DNA from: Mytilus edulis
Taxonomy: Eukaryota
DNA: 64,000 nucleotides
Reading direction: 5' to 3'
Assembly (NCBI RefSeq): GCF_963676685.1
Contig: NC_092349.1
Location: 75,970,473 to 76,034,472 of the forward strand
Numbering within the stretch: position 1 is the stretch's first letter; every line of letters starts with the position of its first letter. Under the pieces are notes generated by a model, which worked only from the letters and a program-made list of their open reading frames with translations, did not search any database and was not told the DNA's origin. This document shows, piece after piece, positions 1 through 12,312 of this stretch. The position numbers and the translations under genes are program-made.

Positions 1-157
1 GCAATAGCACAGTATTGAGCAATAGAAAGAACTTTTCATGTGCACATTATTGGGCAATAGCAAGAACTTTTCATGTGCACATTATTGGGCAATAGCAAGA
101 AATCTTCATTTGCACAGTATTCACAATAGCAAGAAATTTTCAATTGAACATTAACAT
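1..157. repeat. Tandem repeat of ~35-bp unit (gcaatagcaagaacttttcatgtgcacattattgg), about 4 copies.
   Basis: Direct reading shows units at 1-53, 54-88, 89-123 and 124-157 with high identity. Confidence 0.8.
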
Positions 158-530
158 AAATCTTTTAACCAATTTGGATGAGATTAGTTTAAAGTCTTTA
201 AATTTTTGGGGGTTCTAACCTTGTATTACTATTTTGGATATTGGGTCCCATTTTTTAATTGGTCTACATTGATGTCCAAAGGGTCCAAAATCTTATTTTG
301 GATATCAGATAATAATACTAGGTAAATTAAATGTCCCGTTTTAAATTTTTATGATCTTTTACCACATTTATTTTTTGTCAGAAACCTATATTATTAAAAT
401 TGATTACAATCTAAATTCAGACATTATCAACCTTGAATATTTAGTTCAAATTTACCCCAACTGTTCAGGGTTGGACCTTTGCCGTTGGATCAGGCTGCCC
501 TCAGCAAACTATTTTATATTGAGTAAAAGA
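1..530 (+). repeat. Interspersed element copy (tandem 35-mer head plus body with the motif caactgttcagggttggacct). A second copy lies at 15483-15760.
   Basis: Shared blocks ttcagaaacctata...aattcag...caactgttcagggttggacct(t/a)tgc appear at both loci. Confidence 0.6.
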
Positions 531-799
531 TGACTTATATCTAAAAACTATTTCTTTAATTTCTGTTAAAATAGTATAACTCCATATAAAATAAAGTTTT
601 GAGGGTAACAGTTGTTGGTTATTGGGTCAATATTCAGTTCTTGGGAGTTCCCTAGAAATTGTGGTACCCTCCTATATAGTTGTGGACTTTTACATCCTTT
701 GGTCTCTGGTGGGGTGTTTTATCATTGGGTGTTTTATATTTGTTGTTTTGGGGCATTTTTTGTTTGCTATGTGCATATGTGGTATGGATCTTGCTTATT

Positions 800-898
800 G
801 TGGAAGGCTGTAAGGTGGTGGCCTATAGATGATAACTTTCACTTCATTTGTTCTCTGTTGGGGTGTTGTCTTATTGGCTATCATACCACATCTTCATA
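800..898 (-). repeat. Family A SINE/MITE-like repeat, truncated, reverse orientation (ends ...tcataccacatcttc).
   Basis: Reverse complement of the conserved family A head gaagatgtggtatga(t/g)tgccaatgagacaac. More than 10 copies occur in this window. Confidence 0.6.
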
Positions 899-907
899 TC
901 TTTATAG

Positions 908-1153
908 AACTTGAATCCAGATTCAGAAGGTTCCAGTAAGGAAGAAAGTAGTGATTATGATGATGATGATAAGGAGTGGGGTGATGATGATGATGAGGAG
1001 GAGGAGGAGGAGGAGGAGGAGGAGGCTGATGAGGAAAAGGAAGAGGAAATAGAAGAACTTTGTGATATGGAAGTAGCAGAAACTGATAGTGATGAAGAAG
1101 ACAAGAATGATGTTAGTAAAAATAATAGTACTGGGGAGTCATTTATATTCAGG
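908..1153 (+). CDS. Internal coding exon: poly-Asp/Glu acidic segment (SDYDDDDKEWGDDDDEEEEEEEEEE...).
   Basis: Open frame starts right after the acceptor tttatag (AG at 906-907). It ends at donor AGG|GTAATC (GT 1154-1155) in phase 0. A GAG/GAT trinucleotide run gives the coding microsatellite. Confidence 0.45.
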
Positions 1154-1289
1154 GTAATCACATTTTGCGGATTTTGTGAGAAATTAAACCATAATTTTTT
1201 AATGTTCAACGGATTGTAAATTATATTATTATTTGTCATGACAGAGAAATGCTATGTACATGACTTTTTGTTTACATACTTTCTTGTAG

Positions 1290-1399
1290 GAACCACTAGT
1301 AGGGGTTAAAAAACCTCATAGGTATACACCTGGAACTGTGGCTCTGAGGGAAATCAGACGTTATAAGAAAGATACAGATAGAGATACGGAGGACAGGAG
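1290..1399 (+). CDS. Exon encoding a histone H3 alphaN-helix-like segment ([23 protein letters not shown]), then non-histone sequence. The exon ends in phase 2.
   Basis: Acceptor ttcttgtag (AG 1288-1289) and donor AG|GTACAT (GT 1400-1401). The translation matches the H3 region [22 protein letters not shown] almost residue for residue. No histone-fold continuation follows. Confidence 0.45.
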
Positions 1400-2477
1400 G
1401 TACATGTATAAAACTACTAATTTTACTTCTTTTTATATCACTTCCTTTCCACACCAGTGTTGTTTTTGGTGCTATTAATAGAAGAGAATGTGGTGAATAT
1501 CCAAAACACGAAATCAGTACATGAACAGCATAAAACACAAAAAGCCTAATGGAAAAGGAACAGCACTTTCATTGCTGATCTTTTTGTCAAAGTCACTTTG
1601 AGGTCAAGCTTTGAATTCAACATGGGACACAAAATCTCAGTTAACTGCAAGTTTAAGACTGGCTCTATTTACTGGTTTCAGCAGAATTACTAAGATTTTT
1701 TTCAACCTGCTAGTGTGGTACTGTTAATTCAAATTCAGAAATTATTGCGTTGTCTTTATTATTTTGAAAAATGCGACAGGGTTATAATCGCAATAATTTA
1801 AACTCACATTTATTCATTTTTTAAAGCAATTGCTTTAATGCTGTGGCTTATGGCCATCTTTGTGACCCAGATCAAAAACTCCGCCTATAGTAAGCTAATT
1901 AAGGACATTAAGCAGATTCCTCGTGTAATTATTAAACACTGATTTATGTTTTCTAATGCAACACTTAGCTTGATACTGTTGAAAAGCATTAGTGGATTTG
2001 AAAAGTTTCAACATATGCTCTTGTATATGTATATTTGTTTTTGAGAGGACAAACGTTTTTCTATCATAGAAGATAAAAGTCTGCGCCAAAAAAGTGCATT
2101 TTTATACCTGCGTGAGATATTACAACAAAATATTGAATAATTTCAGATGTAGGTTTCAATATCAAAAATTGACTGAATTATCTCTTACACGGTTTGATGT
2201 TGTTCAGTTTGTGTTTCTCACTGGTAGAGGTCAAGTTACTCTTGTCAGAGACATACAATACAATTCTCTGCTCTTGTTCATTCATAAAATCATTATTCAT
2301 TCATAAATTTATCGTTAATAAATCACTACGCATGTTACAGTAATGCATAACGATGTTGAATGTCAATATAAAGCGAATGATTACCTGTACAATCTAAAAA
2401 AAGACAAACTGAACTGATCAACCTTGTTATTTTGTTTGCGCAAATAATTTTGTGGAAAGAGGCTAACCGGAATAATA

Positions 2478-2600
2478 ACAGTGTCCACTTAAGGGCATCC
2501 GATACAGTTTCAAGGGAGATAACTCTTGGCGCGACGTTAAGTGTTTGAATTCCCGCAAAACGTCAATTTTTGCGGGACGTAATGCGTGTAAATTTCCGTA
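2478..2600. repeat. Terminal block of a putative composite element. It is inverted relative to 6590-6640, sharing cttaagggcatccgatacag.
   Basis: The 20-bp core is seen in both orientations about 4.1 kb apart. The flanking GC-rich blocks (gcgcgacgttaag / gcgctaacgttgagg) are related. Confidence 0.3.
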
Positions 2601-3136
2601 ATAAGAAACGTAATGTGGAATTTCGATGCTCCAATTTCTGTTTCTCCCGCATGCTAACTTCTACGCCATTAATATAAGTGCATTTGATTCTAACAGGATA
2701 ACAGTCTAATAACATCATAAGAAATAAAACAAATTACTGTTTCTTTAAGATGTTCAACAAAATATCGTATAGTGAGATATTTTATTACAGCACAGGAAAC
2801 CAATGATATTTCAAAACTAATACCGAAAATGTAGGTACACACTGCTAATATAAACAATGAAACAACTTTTATAAAAGAACAAAGTTCTTATTTCTTCCAC
2901 GTTGCACGTATTTTATTTAACAAAAGGCAATAGCCAACAATATGTTTATACATCCGTAAAAATTTTGAGGGGACGTTTTATGGTATACAAATGCCCGCGT
3001 CCGTCTGTCCGTCGTAAACATGGTACAGCATATTATCCAAATTACATTAAACTAAACATGGTTCTTTTTTCAGTGAAGATGGTCAAACGATCTGTTTAAT
3101 TTTTGGTGAACTTTTTGAGTTACAGGACCTTGTAAC

Positions 3137-3486
3137 TAAAACAGAACAGGCTATTATTTGAACTTGGAATTATTTTTAATTATGGAATTTGCTTGATTTC
3201 TTGTTATTGATTTTTTTTATAAATTCCATGTTTATTCTGTACTGAAATGCTCTGTGCTGCGCACAACACTTTCTATTACAAAGAAAATACTGTATTTTCA
3301 ATAGAATGTACTGTGCCGCGCACAACACTATCTAACCAAAATACATTGTATGGAAAGTTTTATTAACCGCTCAAAAGATTATAATACCACATTAACATGG
3401 AATTTATTAAAAATTTTAAACACAAGAAATTATGCAAATTCCATAATTAAAAATAATTCCAAGTTCAAATAATAGCCTGTTACAGG
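3137..3486. mobile_element. Foldback/MITE-like element with ~60-bp terminal inverted repeats (aacaggctattatttgaacttggaattatttttaattatggaatttgc) and an internal direct repeat.
   Basis: 3137-3200 is the reverse complement of 3425-3486. The interior repeats gtactg..tgcgcacaacact(t/a)tcta twice. Confidence 0.7.
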
Positions 3487-3645
3487 TTTTTTTCACAGTT
3501 CGTGCTGTATCTCAAATACGATTTATGACTATAGCTTCAAAATTTACACACTTCTTAGTTATATTAATCTGAAGATCTGTATATACTTTTTGAGGATGAT
3601 TCAAAATTTGATTTTAGAGTTATTGAGTTTATGACAAAAAGAGGG

Positions 3646-4512
3646 TGTTTTCACATGTCGCATCGTATCTCAGAAACTATTATTGCGAACCCTATGATAG
3701 TTTTCCATAGATTCACCTGCAAGTTACCTGTCGATTTAAACTTTTGTAAGTTCTATTGTCCCATCTAACAAATACAACAGGTATTGTTCTCTGTTTAGTT
3801 TATTTGATGGGACCTTTAAATTTTTTCTAGGAGAAATATATCACTCATTGATTAATTTACCTGACCAAAAAATTATCTTCTTTTTTATTGAAATACTTCT
3901 ATAAACTCACATAAACTGTATGCAATATTGTATTTATTCAATATATCATTAATATATTTTCAATCTGTTCAATATAAAATCTGGTTTAATAATAAAAAGT
4001 TTATTTCAGACACATTTTTTAGTATTTTCCAATGAATTTGCATGTTTTTGTTGTTGTTCATTTATAGACTTATGTTTATGAAGACCTAGTTAATTTAGAA
4101 ATAATAATATTCAAATTTTTATTTATCAAACACACAAAAATATTGAATATTTGATCAGAAATCAACTTTTAATTTTTGAATCAGTATTAATATTGAACAC
4201 ATTAAAAACGAGTTATTGGTATTGAATAAATACAACACCACATGCAGTTTTCTGAGTCCTTACTTAGTATTGGTATAAGTATTTTTTCATCACTGACAGT
4301 TCAATTTTTTGTTCAGGTAAATTAATCAATGAGTGATAGATTTCTCTTGGAAGAAATTTAAAGGTCCCAGTGAATAAACTACACAGAGAACAATACCTGT
4401 TGTATTTGTTAGATGGGACAATAGAACTGCCAAAAGTTTTAAATCGACAGGTAACTTGCAGGTGAATCTATGGAAAACTATCATAGGGTTCGCAATAATA
4501 ATTATTGCATAA
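3646..4512. mobile_element. Large foldback element: ~210-bp inverted repeats (3646-3860 and 4300-4512) separated by an AT-rich spacer of about 440 bp.
   Basis: The string cacatgtcgcatcgtatctcagaaactattattgcgaaccctatgatagttttccatagattcacctgcaagttacctgtcgatttaaa... reappears reverse-complemented at 4300-4512. Confidence 0.8.
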
Positions 4513-5255
4513 AACTTCACATACTTTTTAGTTAAATTATTCTTATATCTGTATATTTTTATGTGATGATTCTTTAATTCATTTTTGAGTTCTTGAATTT
4601 TTATTGAGCTTCAATTTGGGGATCATATAAAACATGTTGTGATATACAAACTTCCTATTGAGCAAGAATAATGAATGAGTCAAGATATACTTAGCATGAC
4701 TTCCTGTACAACCCCCGTGTTATTTTAAAAACATGAGTTTTGTTTTTTTTATAAGACGACGGGCGTATCATGCGCTCGTAGCGCAGCTGTTTATTTTGTT
4801 CTTTATATTTTTTATAAATATATTAGAGAAATGACGGAATGACAGCAAATACAATGCAATTTCCTATATAATCATTATTTCTGAATGGCCTAACTCTTTT
4901 AAAGAATAGTTGATATGCACTGATTTTCGAACGTGTCCATACGATATCAGTTTTATAGAAAGTTAGCAAGAATTGTACACTTGAAAAATGTAATTAACCA
5001 GAAGGACCGGAAGGACAGACAGAGGAATGGACGTGCGATATTTTATGTACGCGCTATATGGTGAAAAAAATATATAGTTATTGACCAATAAAATTACGCA
5101 ATGAGAGAAGGATTTTAATCGCAACTAATCCAATCGTTTTTGCCAAATCAAAAAATTTAAAGTTATAGTTTCATTGTTTGGACAAAAGCATTCTTTAGCA
5201 AATTGAAGATTCTCCTTTATAAGATTTTGCTTTTGTTTTCTGACCACATAAAACA

Positions 5256-5455
5256 GAAGATGTGGTATAATTGCCAATGAGACAACTCTCAACAAGAGAC
5301 AAACATGACATAGAAATTAATAACTATAGGTCACCGTACGGTCTTCAACAATGAGCAAAGCCCATATCGCATAGTCAGCTATAAAAGGTCACGAAATGAC
5401 AATGTAAAACAATTCAAACGAGAAAAGTAACGGCCTAATTTATGTGCTGCAATTT
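5256..5455 (+). repeat. Family A SINE/MITE-like repeat, near full length.
   Basis: Contains the family A consensus gaagatgtggtataattgccaatgagacaactc...tataggtcaccgtacggtcttcaacaatgagcaaagccc...tagtcagctataaaagg..cgaaatgacaatgtaaaacaattcaaacgagaaaa.taacggcctaatttatgt. Confidence 0.8.
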
Positions 5456-5489
5456 ATGTACAAAAAAAGAAGTTCCATTTGCAGGATAA

Positions 5490-5640
5490 TGATGAGTTCA
5501 CACGTAATTCGAATTCGATTCGCATTAACTAATTCGAATTAGTTTAATTCGCATTCGAAATGTTTTACGTCCTAACGTAAATTCTAATTCGAATTGCAAT
5601 GCGCGTTAAATTTGATTTACTGTCCAAACGACGTTAACTT
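5490..5640. repeat. Cluster of short palindromic AATTCGAAT-type motifs (low-complexity palindrome cluster).
   Basis: Read directly: taattcgaattcgattcgcattaactaattcgaattagtttaattcgcattcgaaatg...attctaattcgaattgcaatgcgcg. Confidence 0.6.
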
Positions 5641-7507
5641 TTAATTAGTATCCACCAACAAAACCAGATTTCTCAGTGATTAAAACGTGAATAAAAGGAT
5701 TTTAAGGAATATTTGTAATGAAACAGCAGCCCACCAAACAAAACAAAAAAAAATCTAGAGGTCAACATACGGTATGAAATAATATACGAGTGTGTACAGT
5801 AAATGTACCTGTATGTCAAGTTCTAAATTGCGGAGTCTTTAATTTTAAAAGCCGTAAAATTAATTATCAACAGTCTGTAATAACTTTTTTAGATGTTTCT
5901 CACTTAAACCACAAACAGAGAGAGGTATTTGTTATTCAAATGATTTTATTTCCGGAAACAATATTACCAATTTATAGATAGTACTTTATAAGCAATATTT
6001 ATACATCTGAAAATGTCGCCGGTAATTTGCAGAGATAACGTCGAAATTGTCTGCCAACGACGTCGTGCACTTTAGCGCTAACGTTGAGGTTACAAAGGGG
6101 GGACGCAATTTTTAGGATAAATCGCGTTTATCATGGAATCAAGCACGGTGACCTATATTTTTTATTTGAGATTTGGAGAAAGCATGACAAAATGCAGTTT
6201 ATGCAGAAAAATGATAAAAATGACATTTTCAGAAACAGTTTCTTTCCCTTTTTTTAGGTTTAAAAAAATACCACTTTGAGCATCTGGTCCGCAATGTCAA
6301 GCAAGGCTTGAATAATTGTATAGTTATTCGTGTAGTGATTTATTTTTTTCCTTTTTGTCACTTATCACAGCTTCAGATTGAACCCGATCTTAATAATTTA
6401 CGATGAAAAATATCTGCTCCAAAAAATTGATAACGTTGCCTATTTTTTTACAAAATTGCACAAATCCCCAATTTTCAGCCTCAATTTTCTCGAAAAGAAG
6501 CACGGTGACCTATGTTTTATTTTGTGTTTTATTTTATAACTCGCCAAGGCCTACAACATATTACAAATTATAAAAATGACATTTTATCGAGAAACTGTAT
6601 CGGATGCCCTTAAGTCCATTGTTCTCAAGAGGAGTTAATGTAGCAAACTAAGTGAGTGAAATATTACGACCTAATTATTCAGATTAGAAAAAACCCTGTG
6701 TTATAACACATAATAATAAGTTTGTTTTCTGTAAGATTTATCGATCACCTTAATAATGAAATGGACCCGTCCATACGTGAAGTACAAGTAAAGAGGAAGA
6801 GATATTCACAAAAAATAATTTAGAATTATCTGGTCTCATAAATTAGGACACCAAAAAAGTTTGACGGATTTGGATATTAAATCTTATAATTCATGACAAA
6901 TGATGAAGCCGATATTATATCCTCGTATTTCCAGTGGACGAGTCTACTCCGTGTTTGAAATTGATCTTGTAAAGTCGTAGTCAGCCGTTGGGTGTCAGAA
7001 TAATCTTGGACAAGTAAAGTCGATGCTTTTGCAATTTTAGTTCGAGCTTGGAGATAATTATTTGCAACGTTCTTGAAAGTTGATAATATTAAAGCTCTAC
7101 TGTGATAGTCGAGTTTGTCATTTATTTATCTTGTTATAGATAGGATTTCAAGCTCCTGAAATACACCTTCATGTCTTTCCTAAATTCAAGGATTTGTTTA
7201 GTAAGATGCTTGCTAAATTGCATGACGATTGCACATATCAGCTTTATAGCTGAGCAATGATATTTGGGACTTAGATATAAGAAATAATGACAAAGTAGCA
7301 TTATAAAACAAAATGTTAGTAGGCCTAAATATATATATTAACTTGTTACATGTTTATGTCTTGTAAGTAAGATTTTTTGTGCCTTATATCTGACTGAGAC
7401 TACTATACAAGTATAGTAGTCTCAGCTTCTATGAAAAAATCCTAGTCTAAATACTTATGACGTCGTGCAAGGTTATTTTTTTCTGGAATGAATTGAGCTG
7501 AAATCGA

Positions 7508-7700
7508 AAGATGTGGTATGAGTGCCAATTATGAGACAACTCTCCATCCAAGTAACAATTTATAAAGTAACCATTATAAGTCAAGGCACGACTTTCAACA
7601 TGGAGCTATGGTTCACACCGAACAGCAAGCTATAAAGGACCCCAATATTACTAGTGTAAAACCTTTCAAACGAGAAAACCAACAGTCTAATCTATATTAA
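7508..7700 (+). repeat. Family A SINE/MITE-like repeat (diverged copy).
   Basis: gatgtggtatgagtgccaattatgagacaactctccatccaagt... is similar to the copies at 5256 and 57497. Confidence 0.75.
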
Positions 7701-8416
7701 AGCGAAAAATGAGAAACACTTCAACTGAATCATGGATATATTTAAATGAACAAAGATAAGTTAAAAATAATGACAATTATAATGCATTTTAAAGAAAAAG
7801 GAAGCTTGGAAATTATTTCCCAGTTGTATACACTCTTTACAAACTGCAGGGGATTGTATACTATTATGATTTCTTCATTGAGTTATTATCTTTCCTGTTT
7901 CTGCTCATATGTTTGTATCCACTGGTAAACATGCCACCTCCTTGGGAAATGTAAAACAATTTTAAAATGACTTTCTGTTGGATAAGTCTTTTATTGATAT
8001 ATAAAGTTAAAATATTCTTACTTCTAACTAGACAAGACACCTTTTAGGTGTATGCATGTGGATGAAAAAATGAAGTCTAAAAAATATTAACTTGGCAGCA
8101 ATTGCTTTAACATCCTTTAAGGCTTTGATTATATGATTGAAACAGGATTTTAAAAAATATCGCAAAAATTAAAATCGCATTTCAGTCTCAAATGACAAAA
8201 TCGCAATAATAAATGCACGCAATAATTTCTGAATTTACAGTATTGTTTTTATTACAGGCTTTTGATTTGGGACAGGCACATTAACTTGTTAGATGGCAAA
8301 CCCTCCCAGTAATCTGGGAAAGTCATTGAAAGTGGTGCGACAGCACAACACAAAATAAATATACAAAACAATGAACAAAAAAAAATATAAACAGCAAAAA
8401 ACAACACTGAGTATAT

Positions 8417-11020
8417 TTGTAGGACTCTAAAGTGCGATGGGGACGCTTAAATGCGATGGTCACGCTACAGTGCGATAGCCTACGCTAAAGTACGACGGTT
8501 TGATACGCTAAAGTGCGTTTTTCTGCAAATACATCGACGTTATAAACTTTCGACAGCATTATGACGAGAATGTTTGTCCAGATAAAGGATTTTTATTACA
8601 CGAGAAAAGAAAGAAGAGAAAAGAAAAACAAATGATCCCAATCTGGTTTTTTTGGTCGTTGCTGGAATAGGTTAACTTAATTTGTGAAACTGTAGAAATA
8701 ACTTTAATCAAAACATTTACTTATTAATTGAATTATTCAATACAAAAAAAATACTATACGGTTTGTTATTTCTGTTAAATAATAAATACTAGCATATGTC
8801 AATTAGACATCAACCTAACAAACCGATGTGTAGTATCATAATACTATATGATTGCCAATACGACAACTATCTATCTTCGACCTAATGGCATTGAAATATG
8901 CAACTTTAATTATGACCTTTAACACGGAGCATTGTCTTATAACATATTATTAGCTCACCTGTCCCGAAGGGACAAGTGAGCTTATGCCATCACTTGGCGT
9001 CCGTCGTCGTCCGTCGTCTGTCGTCGTCTGTCGTCTGTCGTCGTAAACTATTTCAAGAATCTTCTCCTCTGAAACTACTGGGCCAAATACTTTCAAACTT
9101 TAACTGAATGTTCCTTAGGGTATCTAATTTGTAAATTGTATTCGAAGTTTTGATCTATCAACAAACATGGTCGCCATTGCTAAAAATAGAACATAGGGGT
9201 CAAATGCAGTTTTTGGCTTATAACTCAAAAACCAAAGCATTTAGAGCAAATCTGACATAGGGTAATATTGTTTATCAGGTCAAGATCTATCTGCCCTGAA
9301 ATTTTCAGATGAATCAAACAACCCGTTGTTGGGTTGCTGCCCCTGAATTGATAATTTTAAGGAAATTTTGCTGTTTTTGTTTATTATCTTGAATATAATT
9401 ATAGATAGAAATAAACTGTAAACAGCAATAATGTTCAACAAAGTAAGATCTTCAATTAAGTCAATTTGACCAAAATTGTCAATTGACCCCTTAAGGAGTT
9501 ATTGCCCTATAAAGGCTTTTCACAATTTGTTCATCATGTTGACTTACTTTAAAAAATCTTCTCCTTTGAAACTGCTGTATCAATTTCAGCCAAACTTAGG
9601 CTAAATGAGTTTCAGAGTATCTAGTATAAATTTTATATTTTATTTCCTTATATGTCAAGAAACATAGATCCTATGGCTAAAATAGAACATAGGAGAAAAT
9701 GATTATTTTTTTTGGCTTTTGAAGAAAATAGGACGATCCAAAAAACATTTAAATAAATTGAAAAGCCAAAATAATCATTGATGAGAGATTTAACCAAAAG
9801 AATTAAGGTGAGCGATTCAGGCTCTTGAGAGCCTCTTGTTATATTAAAAAAGCGACTTCCACTACATTCCAGATGTACTAACATTATACTTCAGTGTAAC
9901 CATTACACCTTTTGAACAACTATCGTACTTTAAATAAACATAAGAAGATGTAGAATAAACTATCCATTCAATCCCAAATGCCGTTTATGTATGCGGCTAA
10001 TAATCATACGGCCGTCAACGTAAAGCATTGGTCCATGCCGCTACAAGCTATATAGGGTTATACAATGCCCAGTGTAAAACAATTCAAAAGATAAAGACTA
10101 CGGTTGACACATAATCAAAACAATAAACGAAAATGTAATAGGAACTCAGCAACAAACGAAAACCATTGCCTGAACCACATTCCCGTTACACCATCGGACT
10201 TTAGCGTGTCATACCATCGCACTTAAGGTAGCACTCCTCAGTTAGAAAATAAAATTAAAAATGAGCCCCAAAATGTTTTATCATTTCCTATTCCTGGATT
10301 TCTAATACATTAACCTTACTGTTTGTGTTGTACATGTGCATATGTATGTAATCAGTATCTTCCATAGATTTGATTTTCAAAAGTTAAAAGGGTGAAAGCT
10401 TAATTCCTTTTATGTGTATCCATGGCAACATTCTGCATTTATTTACCATAAAATATTGCAAAAAGGGGGGTGAACATGTCACATATCCCCCCAAAATTTG
10501 GATCAAACTAGAATTTCAATGCCTTTGAGTGATACCTTTTTAGAAACTGTTTTCATAAATCTTCCTAATGATCAAATAATAAATGGGTGTCTGGCGGCTC
10601 TGGCCCCTCATTTTTTCGTAAAATCCAATCACAAAGTTCGTGCGATAAAAATTTGGAAAATAACATTACAATAATTGCCAGACCAATGTATGGTATGGAC
10701 ATGCAAATACGGACTGTCATACAGAAAACAGCCTATATTACATACATTACATAACCTTGTTGTTCATATAAACCCAATACAAAGGCTATTTTAATACTCA
10801 GCTATCTAAAAATGAATTTTATTGCACACTAGCTCTCATATTTTAAAAATCCACAGGGACCAAAATGCGAAACTACACACCTAACTTTGGAGTGCTACCT
10901 AAGCATGATTTCTGATTGCACTTAAAAAACTAATAACCATCGCACTTTAGCATCTGACACCATCACACTTTAGCGTAGACCATTGTACTTTAGCGTGACC
11001 ATCGCACTTTAGAGTCCTAC
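8417..11020. mobile_element. TIR-bounded element about 2.6 kb long. Its ~100-bp terminal inverted repeats are made of 20-bp tandem subrepeats (ctaaagtgcgatgg...). A third, internal TIR copy sits at 10150-10232.
   Basis: Left end gtaggactctaaagtgcgatggggacgcttaaatgcgatggtcacgctacagtgcgat... (8417-8517). Right end 10940-11020 is its reverse complement and begins identically (gtaggactctaaagtgcgatgg). The interior carries family D and A-like repeats and no ORF. Confidence 0.7.
8950..9900 (+). repeat. Family D composite repeat (modules tcttctcct(c/t)tgaaac..., gtcaagatctatctgccctga, ttgggttgctgcccctgaattg, ctaaaatagaacatagg.. aatgcagttttt) with a (CCGTCGT)n microsatellite head.
   Basis: The same module order recurs at 60100-61195 and inside the 61200-64000 tandem units. 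The GTC-type simple repeat lies at 9000-9050. Confidence 0.7.
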
Positions 11021-11087
11021 ATATTTAAACCTTACAGATTAACCACAATTTCCACATGATTTTCAACTCCTGTATAATATTTTTCAG

Positions 11088-11178
11088 CAAGCTGGATGAC
11101 TTTGCAGGTGAATTTCCAAGTCTTATCCCGCCAGAAGTTACAATTGACGAGGAAAAGTTAAAACAGTGGGAGGCTGAG
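11088..11178 (+). CDS. Short coding exon (S)KLDDFAGEFPSLIPPEVTIDEEKLKQWEAE. It enters in phase 2 and leaves in phase 0.
   Basis: Acceptor tatttttcag (AG 11086-11087) and donor GAG|GTAAGA (GT 11179-11180). The entry phase matches exon 1290-1399 and the exit phase matches exon 12313. Confidence 0.55.
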
Positions 11179-11640
11179 GTAAGATACATTTATTCTTAAA
11201 CTCTATTCAGTAGCTTTATCAAAAGTTTTAACAAGAGTTTTTCTTTGCATTTTGAAAGCTTTCGTATGAGAAGAATTATAAAATTTAGATCATATGGTGA
11301 CCTGTATATTCATTGGGGCATGATAAAAACTTTTTTTTTCTTTTTTTCCAATTCCAGAAATATGGATATTCTTTCACAAAATAGTTGTAATTGTTTAATT
11401 GTTTGTGTGTTAGTTGAAAAATTACCGGTTGTTCATGGAAACATAATGCAGGATTTAATTCTTTATATAACAGTGACCATTATTTGTAACATGCAAATTA
11501 ATACATGTCAACCCCAAGTTTGACAGGGGTATAACAATACCTTACCTGGACTAACCCTGGTCTTCAGTAAAGTTTATTCTAAGATAGGGGTTTCCATTTC
11601 GTTGTGTGAGATGTATGATTATGCAGCTATGTATAAAAAA

Positions 11641-11812
11641 GAAGATGTGGTATGATTGCCAATGAGACAACTGCCCTCAAGAGACAAAATGACACAGAAA
11701 TTAACAACTGTAGGTCACTTTATGGCCTTCAACATTGAGCATTAAGCCCGTACCACATAGTCAGCTATAAAAGGCCTCGAAATGACAAATGTAAAACAAT
11801 TTAAACGTGTCT
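11641..11812 (+). repeat. Family A SINE/MITE-like repeat copy lying in the intron.
   Basis: gaagatgtggtatgattgccaatgagacaactgccctcaagagacaaaatgacacagaaattaacaactgtaggtcac.... Confidence 0.8.
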
Positions 11813-12312
11813 ATTTTTATTGAATTACATGTGTTGAAAGGTTGCAACACTATCTGCAAAAAACCTTTTTTTGCTTGTTACAGGCAAATATATTGTCATT
11901 ATAATCTCCAATTTCAAATCACAGCTGGAATTTCAAGCCCAACCGTAAGGCTTCATCCATGTCTGAAGACATTTGGTTTCAAAGAAAATTACTTCGAGTA
12001 CAATTGAATGGATCTCTATAATTAATGTGTTGTAAAACAGCACAGAAAAAAGCCTTAAATAACATAGACATTTAAAGAATAAAACCTTCATAAATTGAGT
12101 CTCAAAACAGCTATGTCCATTTTAATTGATTAAGTGATTTAAAATGGGGTCTGGTGTGACTTTTCAAATAGATGGGTTTTTTATTTTATTTTTTTATGTT
12201 TCTCCTTTTTTTTAATCTATGACATTGAATTAAAAACATTTGGAAAGTTGTTTATATTTACAAACCAGTCATAAATATTTATTGAAATAAATATCATTTT
12301 ACTTTTTTTCAG

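Noticed and set aside
955-1239. A minus-strand 94-aa poly-Ser ORF antisense to the acidic exon.
   Set aside because: It is the mirror image of the GAG/GAT coding microsatellite on the plus strand, with no splice or start context.
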